Under the pieces are notes generated by a model that saw only the letters and a program-made list of their open reading frames with translations, did no database searches and was not told the DNA's origin. Position numbers and translations under genes: made by a program. A stretch of DNA of 64,000 nt, taken from Vicinamibacterales bacterium. Lineage in GTDB: Bacteria; Acidobacteriota; Vicinamibacteria; Vicinamibacterales; UBA2999. This document shows, piece by piece, positions 55,416 through 64,000 of this stretch. The DNA lies in NCBI GenBank assembly GCA_035492455.1, contig DATJJE010000050.1, positions 3,134 through 67,133 of the forward strand. The letters are read 5' to 3'. Positions within the stretch are counted from its first letter, which is position 1. The number at the start of each line of letters is the position of its first letter.

Positions 55416-55922
55416 ATGAGCGCGACAGAAGCGTGGATGCGGGGTCCAATCGAAGGGGTCGATCCGCTGCTGATGCCGGTGGCGCACTCCCTCGTGCAGG
55501 TCCGCGAGGACCTCGAGCGAATACTTCCGCTCGTGCCGTTGCCGCACGTCTGGCTTCGCCCCGGCGGTGCCGCTTCAATCGGCTTCCACGTTCGACATCT
55601 TGGAGGCGCTCTCGACCGCCTCTTTACATACGCTCGCGGCGAACAGCTGAGCGAGGCGCAGAGGATGGCCCTCAAGGCCGAAGGTGACCCTGGCGATCCA
55701 CCGACAACATTTCCGGATCTAGTAAATGATGCGATTGCGCACATTGATGCCGCGATGCATCAGCTCCGCCATACGTCGCGCGATCAGCTCCTCGACTTTC
55801 GTGGTGTCGGGCGGGCGCAGCTGCCGTCGAGCGTTCTCGGCCTCCTGTTTCACGCCGCGGAACATTCAACGCGCCACACCGGCCAGCTGATTACGACGGC
55901 AAAATTCCTCGCGTCCGCTTGA
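55416..55922 (+). CDS. DinB-family (DinB_2-like) four-helix-bundle protein
   Basis: 168-aa ORF with a His-triad-like pattern: GFHVRHLGGALDRL ... LFHAAEHSTRHTGQL. Confidence 0.7.
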   Translation: MSATEAWMRGPIEGVDPLLMPVAHSLVQVREDLERILPLVPLPHVWLRPGGAASIGFHVRHLGGALDRLFTYARGEQLSEAQRMALKAEGDPGDPPTTFPDLVNDAIAHIDAAMHQLRHTSRDQLLDFRGVGRAQLPSSVLGLLFHAAEHSTRHTGQLITTAKFLASA

Positions 55923-55984
55923 TCGGGCGTCCGCATTGCAGCACCCCGCTGCGTTACGAATCGAGTTTTTCGTGGAGGGCATAT

Positions 55985-56851
55985 ATGCACAAGTGGATCG
56001 CCGGTAGTACGTGCGCTGCGGCGGTATTGTCGTTGGCGGTAGCGGCCTCGGCACAGACATACCCGCAGCCATCCGACCAGCAGCCGACCACACGATCGAC
56101 CCCATCGACTAAAAGCGGAGCACAGACCGGCACGACACGCAGCTCATCGCGGCAGACATCATCGAACCGCTCGGCCAACAGCTCGCAAAGCATTACGGTG
56201 ACTGGTTGCATCATGCAGAGCAACAGTCCGACGACGCAGACAGCGTCAGCGAGCCGACCGACCGCGAATGCAGGCGGTTGGATTCTGTCGAACGCAACGA
56301 CAAGCAACACGGCGGGAAGCCAGACATCCAGCAACGCGACCTACGGCGACCAGAGCTCGCAGACGAGTCGCAGCGGCAGCCCGAGCAACGAAGGCACGAG
56401 CGCCGGCAATCGAAACGGAACCACGGGAAATGGTGTCTCCGGATCGACCTCAACGGCGACAGGCACCAGCGGAACGGCGAACCGCCCGGGTAACGTCGAC
56501 ACCGAGGCGCATGGTGCCGGCGTCGGCGCAACAGATCAGGCGGGCAGCACCGTCGGCGCGGGCGCAACGGCGGGTACGAGGCGCGGCAACACATCCGCCA
56601 GCGGCTCAGCGACGACGCAGAACACCCAGAGCGGCACCTACGGCGACACCGGTGGCGCGACTTCCTACCAACTGACGGGTATCACCAATCCGAACGAGTA
56701 CGCCAACAAACGCGTTGAAATTACGGGAATGATGGTTCCGACCCGCGCGAACGCCAGCTCACGCCGCAACAACAACGCGAGCTCGGCCACGAACACGATG
56801 CCGATGCTGCGCGTCACCTCCGTCCACGTCCTCGGCGAGAGCTGCCAGTAG
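55985..56851 (+). CDS. Secreted Ser/Thr/Gly/Asn-rich low-complexity protein with conserved Cys-framed ends
   Basis: Start at ATG 55985 (MHKWIAGSTCAAAVLSLAVAASAQ). A long S/T/G/N-rich spacer lies between ITVTGC and VEITGMM ... LRVTSVHVLGESCQ. Confidence 0.65.
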   Translation: MHKWIAGSTCAAAVLSLAVAASAQTYPQPSDQQPTTRSTPSTKSGAQTGTTRSSSRQTSSNRSANSSQSITVTGCIMQSNSPTTQTASASRPTANAGGWILSNATTSNTAGSQTSSNATYGDQSSQTSRSGSPSNEGTSAGNRNGTTGNGVSGSTSTATGTSGTANRPGNVDTEAHGAGVGATDQAGSTVGAGATAGTRRGNTSASGSATTQNTQSGTYGDTGGATSYQLTGITNPNEYANKRVEITGMMVPTRANASSRRNNNASSATNTMPMLRVTSVHVLGESCQ

Positions 56852-56880
56852 AGCTCTCTCCGGCTTCGTTCTTGCTCGGT

Positions 56881-56911
56881 TAGTAGTTGGTGGTCCAACC
56901 ACCAACTACTA
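56881..56911 (+). terminator. 13-bp perfect hairpin between the two Cys-framed secreted-protein genes
   Basis: TAGTAGTTGGTGG-tccaa-CCACCAACTACTA. There is no U-tract after it (cccaaccc follows). Confidence 0.4.
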
Positions 56912-56930
56912 CCCAACCCAGGGGGGCATC

Positions 56931-57428
56931 ATGGCAAGAGCGAAGCTAAGCGCGACCTGCGCGGCCGTGCTGTTGTCGATGACATTTGTTTCGGCGCAAA
57001 CCACTCACGGCCGGACTCCCGACCGGCCACTCCCCAACAGCGACGCGGCAAAGGCGCCGCAAGCCACGACGATCACCGGCTGCGTTGTCCGCGACGCCGC
57101 CAACGGCGGCCAGGCGACCGTTGCGGTCAACGGCATGTCGTACGAGCTCGTTGGAAAACGCGCGACCGAGTTCGATCGATATCTGGGCAAGCGGGTCGAA
57201 GTAACCGGCACCCTTGATTCAGGATCGACCGGGGCACGCGCGACAAGCGGCGCGGACGCGCCGAAGGATCAAACGGCAACGGCCGGGCAGTCCGACGTGC
57301 CCGCGACGAAGACACCACGCGACAACACCGTCGTACCGTTGAAGACCGATAAAGGCACGACGGACGATCTCACGTCGCGCCTGCAGGTGAAGGCGATTCG
57401 GATCGTCTCTCCGAGCTGTTTGCAGTAA
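56931..57428 (+). CDS. Secreted protein, shorter paralog-like partner of 55985..56851
   Basis: 165-aa ORF with a signal peptide. Same frame as its neighbour: TITGCV ... YLGKRVEVTGTL ... LQVKAIRIVSPSCLQ. Confidence 0.65.
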   Translation: MARAKLSATCAAVLLSMTFVSAQTTHGRTPDRPLPNSDAAKAPQATTITGCVVRDAANGGQATVAVNGMSYELVGKRATEFDRYLGKRVEVTGTLDSGSTGARATSGADAPKDQTATAGQSDVPATKTPRDNTVVPLKTDKGTTDDLTSRLQVKAIRIVSPSCLQ

Positions 57429-57442
57429 CTGTGCGGTGAAAA

Positions 57443-57464
57443 GGCGGGTCCTGTTGGACCCGCC
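57443..57464 (-). terminator. Intrinsic terminator of rpoD (shared by convergent genes)
   Basis: GGCGGGTCC-tgtt-GGACCCGCC. On the minus strand the stem is followed by TTTTCAC. Confidence 0.55.
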
Positions 57465-57487
57465 CAAGTTAGTTGGCCGCGGCGTCT

Positions 57488-59122
57488 TTACGCGGGCTTA
57501 CGGGCCAGCGCCTCGCCGCTCTTCGCGGCGCGGACCTTCTGCAGCGCCCGGCTCTCAATCTGCCGCACGCGTTCACGCGTGACAGAGAGTCGCTTGCCAA
57601 TTTCCTCGAGGGTGTACTCTCGGTCGGTACCCAGCCCGTAGCGCAGACGAAGCACTTCCTTCTCGCGATCCGACAATGGCGCCAGCGCGCGGGAGACCTC
57701 GTTGGAAAGATCGCCTTCGAGCGTTGCCTCCTCGGGGGAACGCACCGACGTGTCGCGCAGCAGGTCGCCGAGCTCGGTGTTCTCGTCCTCACCAACCTTC
57801 ATTTCAAGCGAGTACGGAGTTTTCTGCGCGTCGAGCAAAAGGCGCACTTTCGACACCGGCATCTTCAGCCGTTCGGCGAGATCATCCGGGGACGGATCAC
57901 GCCCTCGTTCTGTACGCAGCGCCTTGCGTTCCTTCTCCAACCGGTTCAGCGATTCGATGACATGAACGGGCAGACGGATGGTGCGGCCGTGATCCGCGAT
58001 GGCGCGCGTGATGGCCTGCCTGATCCACCACGTCGCGTAGGTGGAGAACTTGAAGCCGCGCCTGAACTGGAATCGATCGACGGCTTTCATCAATCCCAGG
58101 TTGCCTTCCTGGATGAGATCCAGAAACGACAGGCCGCGATTCATGTATCGCTTCGCGATCGACACGACGAGACGGAGGTTGGCCTCCATCAGGAACCGCT
58201 TCTCCTCGCGGACTGTGTCTTCCGATGCCTGCACCCGGGCAAAACGTCTGCGGAACTCCGTGCGCGAGAGTCCCACCTGCGCCTCGAGCTCCTGGCACCG
58301 CTTCAACCGCTGCTCGCGCGGCAGCTGCTCGAGCGTCCGGAACTCGTCATCGACATGACGCAACTCGGTGACGACGTCGTCGATGAGGGAAGGGCGAATC
58401 GGCTGCGCCGCCAGCTCCTCGGCGATCGCTTTGCGAGTGCGGGCGATCTGCGCCTCTATTTGCGCTTTCGCCTTCACGCCCAGCCGCGGGTTTTCGAGCT
58501 TCGCTTTCGCAGTGTCGATGATGCAGCGACGCCGCTTGATGCGGGCGAACGCCTTCAGCACCGGCGTGACGTGCTCTTCCTTCAACTCGCCGCCCTCGGG
58601 AAGCAGGATGAGCTCCGCCGCTGGGTCGCCCTTGGTGCGGATCCGATCCGCGAGTGCAACCAGCGTCTGCGCCGCCGACGGGATATCTCCGAGCATCGTC
58701 GCGAGATCGCGCTGGGCGTTCTCGATCCGTTCGCCGATGAGGCGCTCCTCTGCGGCCTTCAGGAGCTTGCGCTTGCCGATGTGCTGAAGGTAAACGCGGA
58801 CGAGATCGACCTCCTCGCGTCCCGCAGGTGCGCCGGCCTCGAGCTGTTCCTCGTCTTCTTCGGGCGCCTGATCGGCACGAACCGGCTGGTCTTCAAACGC
58901 CTCGGGCTCCTCGTCGTGAAGGATCTGTTCGGGGCTTGGCGCAAACGGCTGACCGGCGTCTTCGAGCTCGTCGTGGGTTTCGACGGCGAGGCCGAAGTCC
59001 TGGGCGCGGTGGCGCCAATCGAGAACGTGGGCCTGCCGGGACGGATCGTTCCAGTCGATTAACGCCTTGCGGCGTTTGGTCGGCGAGAACTCGAGCGTTT
59101 TGGGACGTCCGCGCTTGGCCAT
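57488..59122 (-). CDS. rpoD: Primary RNA polymerase sigma factor RpoD
   Basis: 544-aa ORF. Region 2 [42 protein letters not shown]. Region 4 [24 protein letters not shown]. Confidence 0.95.
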   Translation of the reverse strand: MAKRGRPKTLEFSPTKRRKALIDWNDPSRQAHVLDWRHRAQDFGLAVETHDELEDAGQPFAPSPEQILHDEEPEAFEDQPVRADQAPEEDEEQLEAGAPAGREEVDLVRVYLQHIGKRKLLKAAEERLIGERIENAQRDLATMLGDIPSAAQTLVALADRIRTKGDPAAELILLPEGGELKEEHVTPVLKAFARIKRRRCIIDTAKAKLENPRLGVKAKAQIEAQIARTRKAIAEELAAQPIRPSLIDDVVTELRHVDDEFRTLEQLPREQRLKRCQELEAQVGLSRTEFRRRFARVQASEDTVREEKRFLMEANLRLVVSIAKRYMNRGLSFLDLIQEGNLGLMKAVDRFQFRRGFKFSTYATWWIRQAITRAIADHGRTIRLPVHVIESLNRLEKERKALRTERGRDPSPDDLAERLKMPVSKVRLLLDAQKTPYSLEMKVGEDENTELGDLLRDTSVRSPEEATLEGDLSNEVSRALAPLSDREKEVLRLRYGLGTDREYTLEEIGKRLSVTRERVRQIESRALQKVRAAKSGEALARKPA

Positions 59123-59196
59123 ACTGTGCTGATTTGCAACAACCCCGCCTACCGCCCGGTAAGCCCATCGCTTCGGCGAGGCAAGCCTCTCAAAGG

Positions 59197-59973
59197 TTAT
59201 GACGACTCAAGCGACGCAAGAGTTTCAGGCGGCCAGGCCAGCATGTCCTGCCGCGCGGAGAAATGCAGCAGCGGCGCAATCGACGGGAGATTGATGCCCG
59301 CCGCTTCAGCCATCGTGTTGGTCGCAATCGTTGCCTCGGCACGCTGCAGCTTCCACGGCGGATGATGAATTTCCAGTCGATAGACGCGAAAGCGCGCATC
59401 GACGTTATAGAGGCAGTAGCGCTCGGTGAGGAAGTACTCGAGCGAGCCGGGTTGGGCTTCGAACGACGGCGCCACCGGCCGGTATTGCGCCGCGAAGTCC
59501 GCCGGCGCGCCGCTGCGGTCGGTACGGCGACTGACGTACTCGATGCGCTCGCTATCGCCGCGGACGTTCATGTCAGCAGCGAAGTAGGGAAGGTGTAGCA
59601 GTGAGCGGGCTGCGGTAACCGCCACGGCGCTCTCCGCATCGAGGCTGAAGAAATAAACACCACGCTTTTCGCCGACGGTTACGTAAGTCCGCACGTTCAA
59701 CTCGGCGAACTCGGATATGAACGGAAACACCGGAACAAATCGCGGCGCGACGTTCGTCATGCGGAACGGGACAACACCGACCCACGCCTGTCCGTCGTAG
59801 AGATCGAGTGGCAACCCAGCGGGCAGCTTCGCGCGCAGCAGTTCCGCATCCACAGGCCAATGCGCGAACAACAAGTTGTGCCAGCTCTGCGTCATCAGCC
59901 ACGGAGCCTGCGGCAATGGCCATGGCCGGTGCGCGGTGATGTCGATAATGCCGGCAGGAAAGTCGTTAGGCAT
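59197..59973 (-). CDS. DUF2071 (YqjF-like) family protein
   Basis: 258-aa ORF with [17 protein letters not shown] ... VPFRMTNV ... [10 protein letters not shown]. Confidence 0.7.
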   Translation of the reverse strand: MPNDFPAGIIDITAHRPWPLPQAPWLMTQSWHNLLFAHWPVDAELLRAKLPAGLPLDLYDGQAWVGVVPFRMTNVAPRFVPVFPFISEFAELNVRTYVTVGEKRGVYFFSLDAESAVAVTAARSLLHLPYFAADMNVRGDSERIEYVSRRTDRSGAPADFAAQYRPVAPSFEAQPGSLEYFLTERYCLYNVDARFRVYRLEIHHPPWKLQRAEATIATNTMAEAAGINLPSIAPLLHFSARQDMLAWPPETLASLESS

Positions 59974-59990
59974 GTGCCTATAATCGCGGC

Positions 59991-60620
59991 ATGCGCCACC
60001 TCATCCTGTCTTTTTTTCTTGCAAGTTTCTGCGCTGCAGCAGTCGCAGCTCAGTCAGAGCCGGTGACGCTCGACAAGGAACCGCACCATAAGCGTCTGCT
60101 CTACACCAACGACCTGCGGTTCTGGGATGTGACGCTGTCGCCGGGGCAATCGACGCCTCCCTTTGTGCATGACTACGATGTAGCGACCGTCGTGATCGGA
60201 GACGGCATGTTGAACATTCAACGCAACGGTGAGGCGTTTACACCGCCCGCGCCGAACGCGCGCGGCTCCGTCATCATCGCCGAACACACGGGCAAGCCGG
60301 CAACGTATCGCATCGAGAACAACGGGACGACGGATTACCGGGCGTTCGAGATCGAGAACATGCACGAAATGAAGCAATCACCGCCGTTTGTGATCAGCGA
60401 TCTGACGCTGAAGCCCGGTGACGGGCCGGCAACGCATCAGCACACAGGCGCGGTGATCATCGTTTTGATCAGCGGCACGATCGAGCAGGGCGGCATCGGC
60501 GGCGAGGAGCCGGTGCGCATCCGGCAGGTCGGGCAATGGCTGGTGCTTCCACGGTTGCAGGGCCACACGCTTGGTGCGATTGGTGGGGACGCGCGCGCCA
60601 TCGAGATCGAAGTGAGATAA
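59991..60620 (+). CDS. Secreted hypothetical protein (possible cupin-like beta-barrel)
   Basis: 209-aa ORF with signal peptide MRHLILSFFLASFCAAAVAAQ. The cupin assignment is tentative. Confidence 0.55.
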   Translation: MRHLILSFFLASFCAAAVAAQSEPVTLDKEPHHKRLLYTNDLRFWDVTLSPGQSTPPFVHDYDVATVVIGDGMLNIQRNGEAFTPPAPNARGSVIIAEHTGKPATYRIENNGTTDYRAFEIENMHEMKQSPPFVISDLTLKPGDGPATHQHTGAVIIVLISGTIEQGGIGGEEPVRIRQVGQWLVLPRLQGHTLGAIGGDARAIEIEVR

Positions 60621-60623
60621 TTT

Positions 60624-60672
60624 AAGCTCCAAGATCCAAGCTCCAAGATCCAAGTTCCAATGGAGCTTCCAA
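60624..60672. repeat. 14-nt tandem repeat (GCTCCAAGATCCAA x2 plus degenerate copies) immediately 5' of tRNA-Lys
   Basis: gctccaagatccaa at 60626-60639 and 60640-60653, then gttccaatggagcttccaagg. AAGCTCCA (60624-60631) and TGGAGCTT (60661-60668) form an 8-nt inverted repeat. Confidence 0.8.
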
Positions 60673-60744
60673 GGGCCCCTAGCTCAGTGGTAGAGCACGT
60701 GACTTTTAATCACGGTGTCCTGGGTTCGATCCCCAGGGGGCCCA
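60673..60744 (+). tRNA. tRNA-Lys (anticodon UUU)
   Basis: Hand-folded cloverleaf. Acceptor GGGCCCC/GGGGCCC; D arm GCTC-AGTGGTA-GAGC; anticodon arm CGTGA-CTTTTAA-TCACG; variable loop GTGTC; T arm CTGGG-TTCGATC-CCCAG; discriminator A. CCA is not encoded. Confidence 0.92.
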
Positions 60745-60830
60745 TCTCACAACTTCAACTTCCAACCTCCACAACTTCTCAACCGGCTCGAATCCTGCAT
60801 CATGACGCGCGGATCAGGAGAGGAGCCTAC

Positions 60831-61505
60831 ATGTCAGCGAAATCGTTACAGGAACTGTTCGTCGAAGAGCTCCGCGACGCGTACGACGGAGAAAAGCGGT
60901 TGACGAAGGCGCTACCGCGCATGGCCAAGGCAGCAGAGAACGAGGATCTGCGCGCGGCGTTCACCAGCCACCTTCGCGAAACCGAACGCCATGTACAGCG
61001 CCTCGAGCAGGTGTTCCGTTCGGTGGGCGAACCCGTGCGTGGCAAGAAATGCGACGGGCTGATGGGGATCATCGAGGAAGGCAAGTCGGCGATGGAAGAG
61101 CTGGAAGGTCCCGTGCTCGACGCCGCGTTGATCGCGGGCGCGCAACGGGCCGAGCACTATGAAATTGCCGCCTACGGCACGCTTGCGTATTTCGCGGAGA
61201 TGCTTGGCAACGACAAGGCGAAGGAGCTGCTGGGCCAGACGCTCGACGAGGAGAAGGCGGCCGACGAGAAGCTGAATGACATCGCGAAGTCAGAAGTGAA
61301 CCGCGAAGCGTTGATGGGCAGCGGCGCCGAAGAAGAAGAGGAGATGTCCACGTCTCAACCACGCCGCGGCGCGCGGCGGATAGTTGCGTCGATGCGCGGC
61401 GGCGCACGCGGCAACAGCTCCTCGCGCGCGACGGCGCACGACCGTTCGCGCGGTGGAGTCCGCGGGAACGCCGGTGGTCGCCGACGCTCCCGGAACTCGC
61501 GTTGA
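60831..61505 (+). CDS. Ferritin-like DUF892 (YciE/YciF family) protein with Arg/Gly-rich tail
   Basis: Real start is ATG 60831, with GGAGAGGAG upstream. ELFVEELRDAYDGEKRLTKALPRMA ... HLRETERHVQRLEQVF ... AEHYEIAAYGTL. The track ORF 60660.. runs through the tRNA. Confidence 0.8.
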   Translation: MSAKSLQELFVEELRDAYDGEKRLTKALPRMAKAAENEDLRAAFTSHLRETERHVQRLEQVFRSVGEPVRGKKCDGLMGIIEEGKSAMEELEGPVLDAALIAGAQRAEHYEIAAYGTLAYFAEMLGNDKAKELLGQTLDEEKAADEKLNDIAKSEVNREALMGSGAEEEEEMSTSQPRRGARRIVASMRGGARGNSSSRATAHDRSRGGVRGNAGGRRRSRNSR

Positions 61506-61506
61506 G

Positions 61507-62805
61507 TTACTGAACCCGAGCCAGCGCTTCGATAGCCTTGCCGCGAGCGCTATCGGAAGGCACGAAGCGCTGCACCCGTTGACCGGCGAACACCTCGCCC
61601 GTGTAGATGTAGCCTTTCGAATCGGTGGCGATCATGTGTAGGCCGAAGAACTGGCCACCGCTCTCACCCATGCTGCCGAGCCGCCCGACAATCTTTCCGT
61701 CGTTACGATTCAGGAACCAGATCGTGTTGTTCTTGATGTCGCAGATGTAGAGATACGTCTGCGCCTTGTCGGGGGAGAACGCGACACCGCCCGCGGCGCC
61801 GCGGTCGGAGTCGTTGCGCTTGGTCCCTGGCGCGGTCATCATGAATTCCTTCACGAACGTGCCGTCTCTCTTCGTCACGACGATGCGCTCCGCCGCGCGA
61901 TCCGCCGCGTAGACGAGGCCGTCATTCGAGACATTGAGCGTGAGGTGGCCTCTGAACTCCTTCGGCGGTTTGCCGTTGGCGAACTCACGGTCCGCGGGAT
62001 CGGTCGAGATCTCCGACAGCTTGTGCCCGTAGGCGCCCCATCCGCGCTTGAACGCAAAGGTGTTCATGTCGAACACCATGACGCGTCCGCCGAGATAATT
62101 GTCCGCGACGTAGACCTCGCCCGCTGGCTCGTCGAGACGGATCTCCTCGATACCGCCGACGATCATCGGCGTGGTCGGCGGATATTTCTTGCGGAACGCC
62201 TCGCGCGCCGCCGCCGCATCACCTGCGTCGCCGCCGCGACCGCCGCGGCCGCGCCCGGCGGCTCCCGGCGGCGGAGGCAGGAAGCCGGCGACCGGTCCCT
62301 GTCCGCCCACGCCCGGTGTGTGCTTCGGCATCTCCGCGGGACCGAACTTGCCGCCGTTCTCGAGCTCCGGCGTGTGCGCGATCTCGCCAACGAGCTTGCC
62401 GGTCTTCGTGTCGTACTTACGGACGGTGTTCTGTCCGAGGTAGGCGAAGCCTTTGCTGTCGATGTCCATGCCGTGGCCCTGCGGGGCATCGAACGAGCCG
62501 AGAACGGTCCCGTCCTTCGCGATATGGATCATCGAGGGCGGCCGCGCGCAGCAGTCCGACGTGTTGGTCTCCGCCTCGAGCTCGAGGTTCGTCAGGTCGT
62601 TGGGCCGGTCGTACACCCACACGGTGTCGTCATTCGGTGCGACCGCAAGGCCAGTGACGCCGCCCATCTTCCATTTGTTCGGCAGCTGCTTCGGCCATCC
62701 CGGATCGTAGACGTATCGAGGCACAGCGGCGCCCTGCGCACCGAGCCCGACATACAGCGCCATCGCGCAGGTCGCGATGACGAGGACGAAAACATGCTTT
62801 CTCAT
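61507..62805 (-). CDS. Secreted NHL-repeat/beta-propeller protein
   Basis: 432-aa ORF with a signal peptide. Propeller-blade-like repeats (GLAVAPNDDTVWVYD, HGMDIDSKGFAYLG, IRLDEPAGEVYVADN, GLHMIATDSKGYIYTGE). ATGA overlap with the upstream gene. Confidence 0.75.
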   Translation of the reverse strand: MRKHVFVLVIATCAMALYVGLGAQGAAVPRYVYDPGWPKQLPNKWKMGGVTGLAVAPNDDTVWVYDRPNDLTNLELEAETNTSDCCARPPSMIHIAKDGTVLGSFDAPQGHGMDIDSKGFAYLGQNTVRKYDTKTGKLVGEIAHTPELENGGKFGPAEMPKHTPGVGGQGPVAGFLPPPPGAAGRGRGGRGGDAGDAAAAREAFRKKYPPTTPMIVGGIEEIRLDEPAGEVYVADNYLGGRVMVFDMNTFAFKRGWGAYGHKLSEISTDPADREFANGKPPKEFRGHLTLNVSNDGLVYAADRAAERIVVTKRDGTFVKEFMMTAPGTKRNDSDRGAAGGVAFSPDKAQTYLYICDIKNNTIWFLNRNDGKIVGRLGSMGESGGQFFGLHMIATDSKGYIYTGEVFAGQRVQRFVPSDSARGKAIEALARVQ

Positions 62806-63695
62806 CGTGGGGTCGCTCCTAAGAAGGGTTTCATGCCCAGTTCAAGTTGCCCATCGACGGCGTGATTGCCTTCGTGACACGCCTGCTCCCACACCTCGAA
62901 GCCGCGCTCCTTGTTCCTGACCAGCGCCGACACCATCGTCCATGGGCGTGTGTAGACCTTCGCATCCTCGAGCCGCGCCTCCCAGTGGATCGTGTCGCGA
63001 TCGACCATCGTCCAGCGTTCGACCACGTGGAGCGCATCGCTGACGAAGTTGCCGGCGTTATCGAGCCAGGCGAGGCCGTTGGTGTTCGTCACATCGATGA
63101 CGAGCGTGTTGCCTTCCCAACGCCCGCGCGAGTTGCCCTGCCACAGCTTGACGTTGCTTGCGACGTGCTGGGTGGCGGTCGTGGGGATAACGCGATACGA
63201 GTGTGAGTACTCGAGCAGGTGCATCACGTAACCGGGCGTCTGCACGATCTGATGCGCGCCAGGGGCGACGATGTCGCGCGGGATACCGGGAGGAAGACAG
63301 CTGGCCAGCGGCGAGATGAATCTCTGGACGATCCCTTTTCTGAATTCGAGCGCCCATGGTTGATATGGGATCTTTCGATCGGGCGTGTCGAGGACAAGGC
63401 TGGGTCCTGGCTGCTGGTTCAAGCCGTCCGCGCCATGTTCTTCGACATCCTGCGACGTGAACGCGCGTTCCCAGTTGCCCTGCATGTCGGGGTGTCCATC
63501 CGGGGTCTTGGGCGGATCGAATGCGTTCATTTTGGGCACAGCGCACTCGTGGAACCGGGCCGGCTCGAGCGGACATCCGGCAGCTGTGCGCGGCGCGCCG
63601 CCCTGAGCGAACACGTAGTGGGGTAATGCGGCGAGCATCACGATGGCAGCAGCGAGAGAACCAGATGAGCGTGGCGTCACTGGAAACCTCCGCAT
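62802..63695 (-). CDS. Secreted protein consisting of one copy of the unnamed two-Cys domain (same family as the C-terminal repeats of 14545..17079)
   Basis: 297-aa ORF with a signal peptide. DGHPDMQGNW, PLASCLPPGIPR, LWQGNSRGRWEGNTLVIDVTNTN, RPWTM, WEQACHEG. Confidence 0.75.
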   Translation of the reverse strand: MRRFPVTPRSSGSLAAAIVMLAALPHYVFAQGGAPRTAAGCPLEPARFHECAVPKMNAFDPPKTPDGHPDMQGNWERAFTSQDVEEHGADGLNQQPGPSLVLDTPDRKIPYQPWALEFRKGIVQRFISPLASCLPPGIPRDIVAPGAHQIVQTPGYVMHLLEYSHSYRVIPTTATQHVASNVKLWQGNSRGRWEGNTLVIDVTNTNGLAWLDNAGNFVSDALHVVERWTMVDRDTIHWEARLEDAKVYTRPWTMVSALVRNKERGFEVWEQACHEGNHAVDGQLELGMKPFLGATPR

Positions 63696-63755
63696 CGCAA
63701 GAAGCTGCGGCTTGCGTGCGGATTATATGTCGTATCCTGCTGCCAAGCCTGCGAT

Positions 63756-64000
63756 ATGAACTGTCCTTCCTGCGGTGCGGAGATGACATCGCCGACGCTT
63801 GCCGCGCGTCTGGGCGGCGAGGTGGCGGTGGATGTCTGTCCAGCGTGCCAGGTGATCTGGTTCGATCATTTCGAAAGTCTGAAGCTGTCCCCAGGAGCGA
63901 CGCTGCAGCTGTTTCGGATGATCGGCGAACGTTCGCAAAAAGCGCCCGAGCCAATCCGCCAGCCGCTCAAGTGTCCGCGCTGCGACATCCGGCTGCTGCT
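63756..64000 (+). CDS. Zinc-ribbon protein, 5' part; CDS runs off the right edge
   Basis: Absent from the ORF track because it is open-ended. ATG 63756 gives MNCPSCGAEMTSPTLAARLGGEVAVDVCPACQVIWFDHFESL ... LKCPRCDIRLL, which has two CxxC pairs and begins a second ribbon. Confidence 0.6.
   Translation, partial: MNCPSCGAEMTSPTLAARLGGEVAVDVCPACQVIWFDHFESLKLSPGATLQLFRMIGERSQKAPEPIRQPLKCPRCDIRLL

Noticed and set aside
57473-59062. 529-aa plus-strand ORF
   Set aside because: It is antisense to the unmistakable rpoD gene and has an Arg/Leu-rich composition typical of an antisense shadow.
60660-61505. 281-aa ORF beginning upstream of the DUF892 gene
   Set aside because: Its first 57 codons read straight through the tRNA-Lys gene. 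I trimmed it to ATG 60831, which has its own SD.
60621-61505. Genomic island or prophage integrated at tRNA-Lys
   Set aside because: I found no integrase, no phage-like genes, no duplicated tRNA 3' segment and no compositional break in the flanking genes.

Overview
GC-rich bacterial chromosomal segment. The secreted-protein repertoire suggests a soil Acidobacteriota- or Gemmatimonadota-like organism, but I cannot verify this. I call about 60 protein genes and one tRNA-Lys(UUU). I see no rRNA, CRISPR array, integrase, transposase or prophage. Most of the window is housekeeping and metabolism: rpoD, purA, rnc, ftsB, cutA, hutH-hutU, ligD, a cystathionine lyase/synthase-family gene, and an organic-acid/CoA locus with two MFS transporters and a YdiJ-like FAD/Fe-S dehydrogenase. 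It also holds signalling genes: an OmpR/HK pair, a KaiC-like ATPase with a hybrid HK, a SpoIIE phosphatase, and PilZ and GAF proteins. Items worth a second look: (1) Two ydaO-class c-di-AMP riboswitches sit in tandem in front of a KimA-type K+ importer and Kup. Their 3' halves are identical over 51 nt and each ends 3-4 nt before the Shine-Dalgarno, with no terminator. (2) A five-gene, fully overlapping cassette (AsnB-like amidotransferase, ACP, acyl-AMP ligase, NadE-like PP-loop enzyme, GNAT) has no obvious pathway context. (3) An unnamed two-Cys secreted domain is paired with NHL beta-propellers twice in the window, once as a fusion (NHL + 2 copies) and once as adjacent coupled genes. (4) A KaiC-like ATPase is translationally coupled to a hybrid histidine kinase that has an N-terminal pseudo-receiver. 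(5) Several families of short, lower-GC hairpin or repeat elements recur in intergenic regions. Many long ORFs in the track are antisense or out-of-frame shadows typical of GC-rich DNA and were rejected. All functional calls rest on motif recognition by eye; no database search was possible.
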